Part shown: in pieces, positions 1 through 10,678 of the stretch
Layout: each line of letters begins with the position of its first letter
Position numbering within the stretch: position 1 is the stretch's first letter
Sequence record: SRR31156797_302
Strand: one strand, 5' to 3'
Length of the DNA stretch: 54,381 nucleotides
Made by a program: the position numbers and the translations under genes
The notes under the pieces: generated by a model
What the model was told of the DNA's origin: nothing
Database searches by the model: none
The model's input: the letters and a program-made list of their open reading frames with translations, nothing else

Positions 1-35
1 AGCCACCCGTTTCACGGGTGGATATTTACTCAAAA

Positions 36-620
36 TTATTTGATTGCTGCTTCGATGGCTTTCCATGCTTCTTCTTTTCCTTGTTTGGTAATGGAAGAAA
101 AAAGAATGAACGTATCAGCTGGATCAAAGGACAACGCTTTTTTGATCATACTTTCATGCTTATTCCATTTCCCACGAGGGATTTTGTCTGCTTTGGTGGC
201 AACAACGATCACAGGGATCTCATAATACTTTAAAAATTCATACATTTGAACATCTTCTTGGGAAGGTGCATGGCGCAAATCTACCAAAGATACTACTGCT
301 CGCAGCTGCTCTCTTTGTTCGAGGTACGTTTCAATCATTTTTCCCCATTTTGCTCGCTCGGTTTTTGATACTTTTGCATAGCCATAGCCAGGGACATCGA
401 CAAAATGCAGCGTATTTTCAATCAAATAAAAATTCAATGTTTGGGTTTTCCCCGGTTTTGACGAGGTTCGGGCTAAGTTTTTACGGTTAATCAATGTATT
501 GATAAAGGAAGATTTACCGACATTGGAGCGCCCTGCTAAGGCAATCTCCGGTAAGGGTGTATCTGGGTATTGTGCTGGTGAAACAGCACTAATGACGATC
601 TCAGCTTCATGTACTTTCAT
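36..620 (-). CDS. ysxC: Ribosome biogenesis GTP-binding protein YsxC/EngB
   Basis: [10 protein letters not shown]-loop, DVPGYG and TKADK motifs. Start moved to ATG 620, which has an AAGGAG RBS. Confidence 0.95.
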   Translation of the reverse strand: MKVHEAEIVISAVSPAQYPDTPLPEIALAGRSNVGKSSFINTLINRKNLARTSSKPGKTQTLNFYLIENTLHFVDVPGYGYAKVSKTERAKWGKMIETYLEQREQLRAVVSLVDLRHAPSQEDVQMYEFLKYYEIPVIVVATKADKIPRGKWNKHESMIKKALSFDPADTFILFSSITKQGKEEAWKAIEAAIK

Positions 621-645
621 TGGATCGCTCCTTTTCATTTTTTTC

Positions 646-682
646 AAAAAGAAAGCCGGATAGCAATGAAACTATCCGACTT
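646..682 (-). terminator. Intrinsic terminator-like hairpin between clpX and ysxC
   Basis: Minus strand GTCGGATAG-tttcattg-CTATCCGGC followed by TTTCTTTTT. Confidence 0.6.
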
Positions 683-690
683 GGTCTCGA

Positions 691-1935
691 TTAGACTGCT
701 TTTTTTGTCTCTTCATTGTAAATGATTTTTGGTTCGCCAAGTCCTTTCGCAGCTTCTTCCGTAATAGTGACTTTTTGAATCGACTCATCAGAAGGAACAT
801 TGAACATGACTTCCATCATGATATTTTCGATGATCGAACGTAATCCACGAGCACCGGTGTTTCGCTCAATTGCTTGGGCAGCAATCGCACGTAAAGCCTC
901 TGGCTCAAATTCGAGTTCTGTGTCATCTAATGCCATCAATTTTTGATATTGTTTGACAAGGGCATTTTTTGGTTCAGTCAAAATATGCACTAAATCATCT
1001 ACCGTCAATTTCTCTAAAGCAGCCATCACTGGCAAACGGCCGATAAATTCAGGGATCAAACCGAATTTAAGCAAATCTTCAGGAATGATCTGTTGCATCA
1101 CGCTCTCGCCTTCTTCAAGACGTTTGTTGTTTGTACCAAACCCAATGGTTTTTTCACCTAAACGGTTTTTAACAATTGTTTCGATCCCGTCAAACGCCCC
1201 ACCAACGATAAAGAGAATATTGGTCGTATCGATTTGGATCATCTCTTGATGCGGATGTTTCCGTCCCCCTTGAGGCGGCACACTAGCAGTGGTTCCTTCT
1301 AGGATTTTCAGCAAAGCTTGCTGAACACCTTCACCGGAGACATCACGAGTAATCGATACATTTTCACTCTTACGGGCGATTTTATCGATCTCATCAATAT
1401 AGATAATCCCTTTTTCAGCCATTTCTACATTATAATCAGCAGCTTGTAAAAGCTTCAAAAGAATATTTTCCACATCTTCACCGACATAGCCGGCTTCTGT
1501 TAAACTGGTTGCATCAGCGATTGCAAAAGGCACATTCAGTGAACGTGCTAGCGTTTGTGCCAAAAATGTTTTACCTGAACCTGTTGGTCCGATCAAGCAA
1601 ATATTGCTTTTCTGTAACTCCACATCTTCAGCTGTCGTTTCTACATTGACGCGTTTGTAGTGATTATAAACCGCTACAGCCAATGTTCGTTTGGCACGAT
1701 CTTGTCCAATCACATATTCATTGAGGACATTCAATAGTTCTTGCGGTTTCGGCACTTCGGTAAACTCCCGAACTGCTTCTTCGTAAAACTCTTCATCAAT
1801 GATTTCTTTGCACAAATCAATGCACTCATTACAGATATAGACCCCAGGCCCTGCAACGATCTTTTTCACCTCTTCTTGCGTTTTTCCGCAAAAAGAACAA
1901 CGAACAGCTTCATTACCGTTTGTATTATCGTACAT
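691..1935 (-). CDS. clpX: ATP-dependent Clp protease ATP-binding subunit ClpX
   Basis: CSFCGK zinc finger, [20 protein letters not shown] loop. Start ATG 1935 has an AAGGGGTG RBS. Confidence 0.97.
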   Translation of the reverse strand: MYDNTNGNEAVRCSFCGKTQEEVKKIVAGPGVYICNECIDLCKEIIDEEFYEEAVREFTEVPKPQELLNVLNEYVIGQDRAKRTLAVAVYNHYKRVNVETTAEDVELQKSNICLIGPTGSGKTFLAQTLARSLNVPFAIADATSLTEAGYVGEDVENILLKLLQAADYNVEMAEKGIIYIDEIDKIARKSENVSITRDVSGEGVQQALLKILEGTTASVPPQGGRKHPHQEMIQIDTTNILFIVGGAFDGIETIVKNRLGEKTIGFGTNNKRLEEGESVMQQIIPEDLLKFGLIPEFIGRLPVMAALEKLTVDDLVHILTEPKNALVKQYQKLMALDDTELEFEPEALRAIAAQAIERNTGARGLRSIIENIMMEVMFNVPSDESIQKVTITEEAAKGLGEPKIIYNEETKKAV

Positions 1936-2114
1936 ACTGTTCACCCCTTGAAAATTTTCCAACCTATTTAAAGGAGTGGAATTTGGTTTACTAACTTTGC
2001 AGTCTTAAACAATCATATCATAACTTTTTTGAAAGAAAAAGTCATTTTTACTTTGCCTAACGTTTTCTTATCATTTGTTAGTAATTCCAAAATATCCCCT
2101 ATTTACTCCCATGA

Positions 2115-2150
2115 AAAAACGGCCAACACCACTAGATGTTCGCCGTTTTT
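2115..2150 (-). terminator. tig terminator
   Basis: AAAACGGCGAACA...TGTTGGCCGTTTTTT hairpin with U tract just after the tig stop. Confidence 0.65.
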
Positions 2151-2161
2151 AAGAGTTTTGC

Positions 2162-3445
2162 CTACGCTTCTTTTGCAGTGCCTGTTACAAGTTCAACTGC
2201 TTTTTTCATTGTAATATCATGTTTCAACATGTCTTCTGTTAAGACGCGTTTGATTTGATCTACTGGCATATTGTAAGCTTCAGAAAGTTCTTTGATTTCT
2301 TTTTCGATATCTTCTTCTGTTGCTTCCAAACCTTCTTCTTTAGCGATTGCTTCAATGACAAGGTTTGTTTTCACGCGTGTTTCTGCTTCGCCTTCAAATT
2401 GTGTGTGAAGATCTGCTTCAGTTGAACCAGTTAATTGATAATACATTTCTGGTGAGATTCCTTGACGTTGCATATTGTTCAAGAACTCATCCATTGAACG
2501 GTGTACTTCATCATGTACCATTGAATGTGGTAATTCAACGATTTCTGCGTTTTCAACTGCTTGACGGATCGCAGCTTCATCTTTTGCATCTTCTGCTGCT
2601 TTTTCTTTTGTTTCAGTCAATTCAGCACGATATTTTTCTTTTAATTCAGCTAATGATTCAACGCTGTCATCAACGTCTTTTGCGAATTCATCATCTAATT
2701 CAGGAAGTTCTTTTGCTTTTACTTCGTGAACCGTTACTTTGAAGACTGCTTCTTTACCAGCTAAATCTTCTGCTTGATAATCTTCTGGGAAAGTCACGGT
2801 AACGTCTTTGCTATCGCCAGCTTTTGTTCCTACTAATTGTTCTTCAAAACCAGGGATGAATGAGTTTGAGCCAAGTTCAAGTGAGTAGTTTTCACCTTTG
2901 CCGCCTTCAAATGTTTCTTCTCCTAAGAAGCCTTCAAAGTCGATAACGACTGTGTCGCCATTTTCAGCTGCTTCGTCTTCTTTGATAACTAATTCAGCTT
3001 GTGCTTCTTGTTCGCGTTTGATGCGTGCATCAACGTCTTCTTCTGTTACTTCACGGTCTTGTTTTTCAACAGTTAAATCTTTGTAATCACCAAGTTTTAC
3101 TTCAGGTTTTACAGTAACTTCTGCTTTGATTACCCAGTCTTGACCTTTTTCCATGCTGTCAACGTCGATTTTTGGTTGCGAAACAGGATCGATCCCTGCT
3201 TCTTTTACAGCAGCTTCATAAGCTTCTGGAAGAACAGCGTTCAATGCATCTTCATACAACGCTTCTTCGCCGTACATACGGTTAAATACTTGGCGTGAAA
3301 CTTTCCCTTTACGGAAGCCAGGTACGTTAAGATTGCCTTTCACTTTATTGAATGCAGTCGTCAAGCCTTTTTGGATTTCCGCTTGAGCGATCGTAAATGT
3401 CAAAACACCATCATTGGTGCCTGTTTTTTCCCATTTTGCAGTCAT
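2162..3445 (-). CDS. tig: Trigger factor
   Basis: PGFRKGKV ribosome-binding signature, FKBP domain (FIPGFEEQL), 427 aa, GGAGG RBS. Confidence 0.97.
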   Translation of the reverse strand: MTAKWEKTGTNDGVLTFTIAQAEIQKGLTTAFNKVKGNLNVPGFRKGKVSRQVFNRMYGEEALYEDALNAVLPEAYEAAVKEAGIDPVSQPKIDVDSMEKGQDWVIKAEVTVKPEVKLGDYKDLTVEKQDREVTEEDVDARIKREQEAQAELVIKEDEAAENGDTVVIDFEGFLGEETFEGGKGENYSLELGSNSFIPGFEEQLVGTKAGDSKDVTVTFPEDYQAEDLAGKEAVFKVTVHEVKAKELPELDDEFAKDVDDSVESLAELKEKYRAELTETKEKAAEDAKDEAAIRQAVENAEIVELPHSMVHDEVHRSMDEFLNNMQRQGISPEMYYQLTGSTEADLHTQFEGEAETRVKTNLVIEAIAKEEGLEATEEDIEKEIKELSEAYNMPVDQIKRVLTEDMLKHDITMKKAVELVTGTAKEA

Positions 3446-3564
3446 TTATTTCCCTCCGAATATTAATTGATTTACATATGAAATAGCTTCATGCATACCT
3501 TTAAATAGTACACTAACGTTGTTTAATTGTAAACATTTTACCATGAAAGTTGCGAATTTTTCTT

Positions 3565-4512
3565 TCAGCGAATGCTCAAACGTAGGATATTGCGCAAGTG
3601 TCGTTTGCGTTCTTCCATTTCATTGTCTGCTTTTGGCTGTTCTTTTTCTTCAAATAACCCGCGATAATCTTCAATGTAGCTTGCCACCCATGCGTTTGCC
3701 TCTTCTTTTGCCGGTAAAAACGGGTAACTTATCGCTAAATGATCATCGATTTCTGCTGAGACACTTTCCGCTAAAATCGGGTCCTCTTGGGCGATCGTTT
3801 CTTCGATCGCTTTATGGATCGCTTTAACAGCGTCATCCTCCTGTAAAAGTTTCAATTCTTTCGGAACGATTTGCTGCATATTCCCAAGGTAATCGATTAG
3901 GTCAAAAGGTTCGTCCACTTCAAGACGCACGAGCTCATCCACTAATTTAGGTAGCAAATACGGATTTTTGATGGAAGCCAACGTGTCATGCATCAGCGAG
4001 ATAAATTGTGATTTGGTAATTGCTTGGGTAAAAACGTGCCACTCTGTTGCACTCACCGGTTGATTGGCTTCATCTAATGCGCGTAAATGCTTGCGTTTCC
4101 CATGAAAATCTTCCAATCCTAAAATTTGTTGTACTTCTTCTACTTTAGCTAGTTCACTAGCCAACTGTTCCTGATAGCGTTTTGGAATTTTTGTTTTCTG
4201 ACCTAATGTAAGCCAGCGCCGAGTTTTTAAGTATTGACCATCCAAGATCAGCAGATGACCAATTTGTAAAAAACCATCAGTTTGTTTCAAATAATCATCT
4301 AGATAGTCTTCCGCAAGATCTAACGCTTTGGCAAAATCATTCAGCTGTTGCAAGCATTCCACGAGCCATTGATTGATCTCAAAACTGGCGTTTTTTTGAT
4401 AAAGTTCATTGTACAAACGATAAGCCTGCAAAAACTCTTTTGACTGGTAGGCTTTTTCTGCCGCCAGACGAAGCCGCTCATTTGGTCCTGGGAAATCAAT
4501 CGTCTCACCCAT
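3565..4512 (-). CDS. Helical TPR-like protein (YsoA-like), function unknown
   Basis: TPR-like N-terminal helices, AGGAGG RBS, and position upstream of tig as for Bacillus ysoA. Confidence 0.6.
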   Translation of the reverse strand: MGETIDFPGPNERLRLAAEKAYQSKEFLQAYRLYNELYQKNASFEINQWLVECLQQLNDFAKALDLAEDYLDDYLKQTDGFLQIGHLLILDGQYLKTRRWLTLGQKTKIPKRYQEQLASELAKVEEVQQILGLEDFHGKRKHLRALDEANQPVSATEWHVFTQAITKSQFISLMHDTLASIKNPYLLPKLVDELVRLEVDEPFDLIDYLGNMQQIVPKELKLLQEDDAVKAIHKAIEETIAQEDPILAESVSAEIDDHLAISYPFLPAKEEANAWVASYIEDYRGLFEEKEQPKADNEMEERKRHLRNILRLSIR

Positions 4513-4549
4513 TCACGATCCCTCCTTTACTAATTGCTTGATCTGCTAG

Positions 4550-5380
4550 TTAGTTTTGTGCACCAATCATTACGTGATTGGCATCCACCTGTTTATTAAA
4601 GGCCTTGATCAAATTGATGGTTACCACACTTGTTTCTGCAAAATAATCCGCAGCCTGCTGCTTATTTTTATTAAAGACGATTGGTAAATAACCGAGATAA
4701 AAGAAAACATTGAATTGCAGCACATAGCGCCCGCAAAGTTCGCGAATCAAGACCGTTTGCCAACTGAGTTCTTCTTCTACAAAAGAAATAACTCGGATGC
4801 CAAAGAGCATTTTCCCAATTGTTTGGCCATGATTCAGCTTCGTCATCAGAACAAAATAGCCCAGATAGATCGCTAAGGCACAGATGTTGTAAAGACCAAA
4901 CCGCTGATTGGTTGCCGTTAGATTCGCTAGATTATAGATACTGCCGATCGTCATTTGCGTGATTGCCCGGATCACTAGAAGATCCACTAAAAAAGCAAAC
5001 AAACGAATCCAAAAACCGGCAAAAAAGTAGCTAGGAAAGTCATTAAAGAACCGTTTGTCTTCGGTCTGTTTTTCAGGTTCTTCAAAATGCTGCCACGCTT
5101 TTTGTCTTTCTTCGATCTCACTTTGGTTATACTCTTCTTCTTGAAAAGACGTCAAGACTTGTTGATAAAAATCATCGGGATGGTTTACTTGTGCGTTCTT
5201 CATCGCTTTGCTGGCGTTTACTGGTTCGGCTGTTTCTGAAACCTGCGCTTCAGTTCGCACATCCGTATGACCGGTTGACGGTGTGGAGGTTTCGCGCTGT
5301 TCCCTTTGATCGATTGTTGTACTTGTGTGACTGTCATCCGTTGACGATGTGCCAGTGGAATACTTGTTTTTATCTGTCAT
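4550..5380 (-). CDS. RDD-family membrane protein (YteJ/SppI-like) with long polar N-terminal extension
   Basis: AGFWIRLFAFLVD and GQTIGKMLFGIRV RDD motifs. Directly follows sppA. Confidence 0.85.
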   Translation of the reverse strand: MTDKNKYSTGTSSTDDSHTSTTIDQREQRETSTPSTGHTDVRTEAQVSETAEPVNASKAMKNAQVNHPDDFYQQVLTSFQEEEYNQSEIEERQKAWQHFEEPEKQTEDKRFFNDFPSYFFAGFWIRLFAFLVDLLVIRAITQMTIGSIYNLANLTATNQRFGLYNICALAIYLGYFVLMTKLNHGQTIGKMLFGIRVISFVEEELSWQTVLIRELCGRYVLQFNVFFYLGYLPIVFNKNKQQAADYFAETSVVTINLIKAFNKQVDANHVMIGAQN

Positions 5381-5382
5381 AG

Positions 5383-6414
5383 TTATTCACCTCCATAATA
5401 ATAAAGAGGTTTAGGGGCATCGCTTGTTCCTAAGCTTTCCATCAATTGGATCACTCGTTCTGTATTTGATTCTTTTAGTCCTTGCAGTTCGGCTAAACTT
5501 GAACCTAACCAAGTAGAAGCAAATCCAGTAGATGAAACGTCATAGCTGAAAATCTCTGCATCTTCCAAGCCTAGATCTGCTTGCATTGCTGCTAATGTAT
5601 CTTCAGGAAAACCGATTTCATCCACTAAGCCAACAGACACTGCTTGCTGACCATCATAGATGCGGCCATCAGCGATCTTTCTAACGGCTTCTTCTGTCAT
5701 GCCGCGTCCTTCAGCCACAATTTTAACGAACCGACCATAAGCATTGTCGACATAGGTCTGCAAGACTTCTTTATCGGCTTCTGTTGGCTCTCTCGTTGCT
5801 GAACCTACATCTTTTAGTGCACCACTTTTATACGTATTGTCTTCGATCCCTAGCTTTTCGAATAAGCCGGCATAGTTGAGCCCCGACATGATCACTCCGA
5901 TCGAACCGGTAATCGTTTCATCCGTTGCGAAAATTTTATCAGCACCTGCCGAAATATAATAACCGCCACTGGCTGCCATGTTTTTCATACTGACATACAT
6001 CGGAATCCCTAACTCTTTGATTTTTGCTAATTCACGAGCAATCTCGGCACTTTCATAGACGCCGCCTCCTGGGGTATTGACTTCCATCAAGATGCCCCCA
6101 ATAGTTGGATCTTCTTGGATCATCCGTAGTTCTTCTAAAAATCGCTGATGATCATAAGATTCTGTTGTGAATAAGCCGCCACTGGAGCTGCTGGCGATCG
6201 TTCCTTCTAAAGATAAGCGAACAATGCGATTGTCTTGATCTCCGGCAACTAACGTTGTCTCTTCGATCGCATTACTTCCGTAGAACAAAGCATTTAAACC
6301 TTGCAGCGTTTGAGTTTCCTCTTGCTCTGGACGATTTGTGATTACTGAAAAAACCCCCGAGCAGATAAATAACCCTGCTGCGATCGCCGCTGCGATCCAT
6401 CTTCTTTTATTCAT
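5383..6414 (-). CDS. sppA: Signal peptide peptidase SppA (S49)
   Basis: NTPGG, MAASGGYY and TGSIGVI motifs, N-terminal membrane anchor. Confidence 0.95.
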   Translation of the reverse strand: MNKRRWIAAAIAAGLFICSGVFSVITNRPEQEETQTLQGLNALFYGSNAIEETTLVAGDQDNRIVRLSLEGTIASSSSGGLFTTESYDHQRFLEELRMIQEDPTIGGILMEVNTPGGGVYESAEIARELAKIKELGIPMYVSMKNMAASGGYYISAGADKIFATDETITGSIGVIMSGLNYAGLFEKLGIEDNTYKSGALKDVGSATREPTEADKEVLQTYVDNAYGRFVKIVAEGRGMTEEAVRKIADGRIYDGQQAVSVGLVDEIGFPEDTLAAMQADLGLEDAEIFSYDVSSTGFASTWLGSSLAELQGLKESNTERVIQLMESLGTSDAPKPLYYYGGE

Positions 6415-6446
6415 TTTCCCACCTAACTTTTCACCTTTCCCATAAT

Positions 6447-6737
6447 TTAGTATAGATTTTTGATGACGATCACTGCTTCTTCGTCTCCAACCGCATCAAA
6501 TTTCTCGCTTTTTTCAGCTAAAACGTAGCCGCCAAAAAATTCCTTTGTTAGTTCATCCTGGACTTTGAATGTTTGCGCGGTTTCCACGGTGACTGATCCG
6601 GGTAAAATTTCTTGCAAGCTGTCCCAGCCCGTATCCAACATGACCTTTGTTTCATCTGTGACATTAGGATCTTTTTCTATCGCAGCTACTATTTTCTTTA
6701 GCTCTGAAAAAGTCATACAATTTACAAATTCTGGCAT
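6447..6737 (-). CDS. Small acidic hypothetical protein
   Basis: 96-aa ORF with GAGGGA RBS, co-directional with sppA. Confidence 0.7.
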   Translation of the reverse strand: MPEFVNCMTFSELKKIVAAIEKDPNVTDETKVMLDTGWDSLQEILPGSVTVETAQTFKVQDELTKEFFGGYVLAEKSEKFDAVGDEEAVIVIKNLY

Positions 6738-6918
6738 TTCATTCCCTCACTTTCTTACTTTTTTATTGTAGCGAACTTAAAAAAAAAAGCATAGCTTTAT
6801 GAGGAAATTTCTTGGGAATCTTATTCGACAAAGCTATGTCAGCTATTTTGATTCCCTATAGACTGGTTCAAATCAACCTTACCAATAACTATACCAATTA
6901 TTTTCATATAACTTACAG

Positions 6919-6947
6919 TTGACAGAAACAGGAATAAATATTATGAT
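6919..6947 (+). promoter_or_regulatory. Sigma-A promoter of glmS
   Basis: TTGACA (6919-6924), 17-bp spacer, TATGAT (6942-6947). Confidence 0.8.
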
Positions 6948-6997
6948 ATTGCTTGTATTTCTATAAAATATTTCACAAGGAGGATAGATAGACCAAT

Positions 6998-7135
6998 ATG
7001 GATAGCGCCTGATCTGGAAACAGATGACGAGGAAAGAGTTTATCGAAACATTCGGCGGATGACTCTAGGGACTGCACTCTACAGGCAAGAACAAATCTCA
7101 TCGTAAGATGATGACAAAGACTTGCTGCGCAGATA
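6998..7135 (+). ncRNA. glmS ribozyme (GlcN6P-activated self-cleaving riboswitch)
   Basis: Core AGCGCC(T)GATCT...AGATGACGAGG...GAGTTTATCGAA...TTCGGCGGATGACTC in the glmS 5' UTR. Cleavage expected at A^GCGCC near 7004. Boundaries approximate. Confidence 0.93.
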
Positions 7136-7182
7136 GAAATACATAATGCCAAACTAAATTTTTTGAAAGTAGGATTATCATT

Positions 7183-8994
7183 ATGTGTGGAATTGTAGGA
7201 ATCGTAGGAAAATCAAATGCAGAACGAATTATTTTAAACGGATTGGAACGCTTAGAGTATCGGGGCTATGACTCAGCAGGCCTTTATGTCGCTGATCGGA
7301 CTTCGGATCATTTAGTGAAAGCCCAAGGAAGAATCAAAAACTTGGAAGAAAAAGTGACTTCTGAAGTAACAGGAACGATCGGTATCGGACATACCCGTTG
7401 GGCGACCCATGGCAAGCCATCAGAAATGAATGCTCATCCTCACACTTCGGCAAACCAAGCACTCGTTTTGGTTCATAATGGTGTGATCGAAAACTTTGAA
7501 GAGCTTCATCAAGAATATTTAAGCAACCACCAGTTTGAAGGTCAAACAGATACCGAAATCGTTGTTCATTTGATTGAAGTGTTGAAAGAGCAAGACAACA
7601 GCACGACCAAAGCGGCCTTTAAAAAAGCTTTGTCCTTGATTCGCGGCTCTTATGCCTTTGCTTTAGTAGAAAAAAAAGATCCAGAAACCATTTATGTTGC
7701 TAAAAATAAAAGTCCCTTATTGATCGGTTTGGGAGATGGATTTAATGTCATTTGCAGCGATGCCTTAGCAATGCTCGATCAAACGACTCATTTTGTTGAG
7801 ATCGAAGATGGCGAAATGGTGACCGTAACAGCCGATGCGATCGAAATCGAAGATCCAAAAGGAAACCTTGTGTACCGTGAATCTTATGAAGCACAACTAG
7901 ATCTGACTGACATCGAAAAAGGAACGTACCCTTACTACATGTTAAAAGAAATCGATGATCAACCAACCGTGATGCGCCGCTTGATCCAAGAATATCAAGG
8001 AGAATCCGGTGAAGTAGTAATCGATCCAGCGTTAAAAAACGAACTTTTAGCGAGCGATCGAATCTACATCATCGCATGTGGTACCAGTAATCATGCTGGT
8101 TGGGCAGCAAAATCCATTTTAGAAAAGCTAACACAGATCCCTGTTGAGGTTCACTTATCTAGTGAGTTTGGCTACAACATGCCATTGTTGTCAGCAAAAC
8201 CCTTCTTCTTGTTCTTATCACAAAGTGGTGAAACGGCAGATAGCCGTCAAGTATTAGTGACGATCAACCAGTTAGGTCTTCCTAGTCTGACGATTACCAA
8301 TGTTGCTGGTTCTACTCTTTCTCGAGAAGCGAACCATACCTTATTGCTTCATGCTGGTCCAGAAATCGCCGTTGCCTCTACAAAAGCATATACCGGACAG
8401 ATCGCTGTCATGACCTTATTAGCAAAAGCCATTGGTGATGAAAAAGCTGTCCCTGAAGCATTGGATTTTGACGTGTTCCATGAACTAAGCATCGTTGCTT
8501 CTGCAATGGAGGCTTTAGTGGATGAAAAAGCTGTTATCAGTCAATTTGCTGAAGATTTTCTTTCCGAAACCCGTAATGCATTTTACATTGGTCGTGGGAA
8601 TGATTACTATGTATCAATGGAAGCGGCATTGAAATTAAAAGAAATTTCTTATATCCAAGCGGAAGGCTTTGCGGCTGGTGAATTAAAACACGGCACCATC
8701 GCGTTGATCGAAGAAGGTACACCAGTGATCGGTGTGATCACGGAAGAAGTGACTGGCTCTCATACGCGAGGCAATTTGAAAGAAGTCGAATCTCGTGGGG
8801 CTCACACCCTTGTGATCGTTAGTCAAGAGTTAGCAAAAGCGACTGATCAAATCATTTTGCCAAATGTTCATCCATTGGTAACCAGCTTAGTGGCAGTCGT
8901 TCCAACACAGCTGCTGGCTTACTTCGCCACTTTACAACGCGGATTCGATGTTGATAAACCAAGAAACTTAGCAAAATCCGTTACCGTTGAATAG
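7183..8994 (+). CDS. glmS: Glutamine--fructose-6-phosphate amidotransferase
   Basis: MCGIVG N-terminus, GHTRWATHG, C-terminal PRNLAKSVTVE. Confidence 0.98.
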   Translation: MCGIVGIVGKSNAERIILNGLERLEYRGYDSAGLYVADRTSDHLVKAQGRIKNLEEKVTSEVTGTIGIGHTRWATHGKPSEMNAHPHTSANQALVLVHNGVIENFEELHQEYLSNHQFEGQTDTEIVVHLIEVLKEQDNSTTKAAFKKALSLIRGSYAFALVEKKDPETIYVAKNKSPLLIGLGDGFNVICSDALAMLDQTTHFVEIEDGEMVTVTADAIEIEDPKGNLVYRESYEAQLDLTDIEKGTYPYYMLKEIDDQPTVMRRLIQEYQGESGEVVIDPALKNELLASDRIYIIACGTSNHAGWAAKSILEKLTQIPVEVHLSSEFGYNMPLLSAKPFFLFLSQSGETADSRQVLVTINQLGLPSLTITNVAGSTLSREANHTLLLHAGPEIAVASTKAYTGQIAVMTLLAKAIGDEKAVPEALDFDVFHELSIVASAMEALVDEKAVISQFAEDFLSETRNAFYIGRGNDYYVSMEAALKLKEISYIQAEGFAAGELKHGTIALIEEGTPVIGVITEEVTGSHTRGNLKEVESRGAHTLVIVSQELAKATDQIILPNVHPLVTSLVAVVPTQLLAYFATLQRGFDVDKPRNLAKSVTVE

Positions 8995-9037
8995 TTTTTA
9001 AAAAAACTGAAACCGAATTGGTTATCTTCTGTTTAAT

Positions 9038-9090
9038 AAAAAGAACTCCTCGTTCGATGACTCGATCGTTCATAGGGGTTCTTTTTTCTT
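9038..9090 (+). terminator. glmS terminator
   Basis: AAAAAGAACTCCT...AGGGGTTCTTTTTT. Confidence 0.7.
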
Positions 9091-9238
9091 GTTTTATGCA
9101 CAACAAATCCGAAAAGACTTTTAAAAGCAACTATACTTCGCAAGGCTTGCCCACGGCGTGTTCCCTTTTAAGCGTTGTCGACAAATTCGTTGACAAGTTT
9201 CTCTAGTTCGCAAGTTGACTTCTTGCTGGTAAGTAGAC

Positions 9239-9274
9239 AAAAAAGACGAACAAAGAATATCTTTGATCGTCTTA
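9239..9274 (-). terminator. glmM terminator
   Basis: Minus strand AAGACGATCAAAGA-tat-TCTTTGTTCGTCTT-TTTT. Confidence 0.75.
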
Positions 9275-9283
9275 CTTCTTCAT

Positions 9284-10639
9284 TTATTCCGCACCGATTT
9301 CTTCTCGAACGACCGCTGCGATTTTTTCAACATAGTAATCGACTTTTTCAATGGTTGGTGCTTCTGCCATCACCCGAAGCAATGGTTCTGTTCCTGAAGG
9401 ACGAACCAAGATACGGCCTTCGCCGTTCATTTCTGCTTCTGTCTCTTCCACGATTTTACGGATAGCTGGAACATCCATCGCACCATTTTTATCTGTCACT
9501 CGAATGTTGACAAGTTTTTGTGGATAGATCGTTACCTCTCCTGCTAATTCCGACAGTTTCTTGCCCGTTTGTTTCATGATATTCAATAGTTGAATTCCTG
9601 ATAGTAAACCGTCACCTGTCGTATTGAAATCCAAGAAAATCATATGCCCTGATTGCTCGCCACCGAAATTATAATCGTTTTTACGCATTTCTTCTACGAC
9701 ATAACGGTCACCGACTTGTGTGATCACATCTTTCAGACCAATTGCTTCCACTGCTTTGTGGAACCCTAAATTGCTCATGACTGTTGTAACGATCGTTCCT
9801 TGGTTCAAGCGTTTTTGTTCTGCTAAATATTTTGCACAGATATACATGATCTTATCGCCATCAACGATATTTCCTAGTTCATCAACTGCGATGACCCGAT
9901 CGCCATCTCCATCAAATGCAAGACCAGCATCGGCCCCTTTTTCAACGACGAATTCGGCTAATGTTTCGGGGTGAGTCGAACCAACACCATCATTGATGTT
10001 CAACCCATCTGGGGAAGTTCCCATTGTGAAGAATTCTGTTTCTAGATCGGCAAACAAACGATTAACGCTTGTAGCTGTTGCGCCATTTGCTGCATCGACA
10101 CAAACCGTGATCCCTTCTAAATCGTCAGGAATCGTTTGACGTAGAAATTGAGAGTATTTCAATAACCCTTCTGGGAACTCATCCACCGTTCCTAAGCCAT
10201 CGGCAGAAGGTCGAGGAAGTGTATCTTCCGGCGCATCAAGCAATGCTTCAATTTCAGCTTCTTGTTCATCGACTAATTTAAAGCCATCATTTCCGAAGAA
10301 CTTGATCCCATTGTCTTGTGCAGGATTGTGAGAGGCAGAGATCATCACACCTGCGCTTGCTTTTTGTACTTTCGTCAAGTATGCCACTCCTGGTGTGGAA
10401 ATAACGCCTAATTGAAATACCTCGATCCCAACGGATAACAAACCAGCAATCAATGCGCTTTCTAGCATTTGTCCAGAAATTCGTGTGTCTCGCCCAACCA
10501 ATACGCGAGGACGACGGTCCCCGGTTTCATGTTGACTTAGTACATAGCCGCCGTAACGCCCCAATTTAAATGCTAACTCAGGTGTCAATTCCTTGTTAGC
10601 TTCTCCTCTAACACCATCAGTACCAAAATATTTTCCCAT
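9284..10639 (-). CDS. glmM: Phosphoglucosamine mutase
   Basis: [21 protein letters not shown] and GGEQSGH motifs. Confidence 0.97.
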   Translation of the reverse strand: MGKYFGTDGVRGEANKELTPELAFKLGRYGGYVLSQHETGDRRPRVLVGRDTRISGQMLESALIAGLLSVGIEVFQLGVISTPGVAYLTKVQKASAGVMISASHNPAQDNGIKFFGNDGFKLVDEQEAEIEALLDAPEDTLPRPSADGLGTVDEFPEGLLKYSQFLRQTIPDDLEGITVCVDAANGATATSVNRLFADLETEFFTMGTSPDGLNINDGVGSTHPETLAEFVVEKGADAGLAFDGDGDRVIAVDELGNIVDGDKIMYICAKYLAEQKRLNQGTIVTTVMSNLGFHKAVEAIGLKDVITQVGDRYVVEEMRKNDYNFGGEQSGHMIFLDFNTTGDGLLSGIQLLNIMKQTGKKLSELAGEVTIYPQKLVNIRVTDKNGAMDVPAIRKIVEETEAEMNGEGRILVRPSGTEPLLRVMAEAPTIEKVDYYVEKIAAVVREEIGAE

Positions 10640-10678
10640 TTTAATAACCTCTCTTATTCATTCTCTACAGTCAAACGA

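Noticed and set aside
9018-9465. Plus-strand ORFs 9018-9206 and 9175-9465
   Set aside because: No RBS, they cross terminators or overlap glmM antisense, and no recognisable protein.
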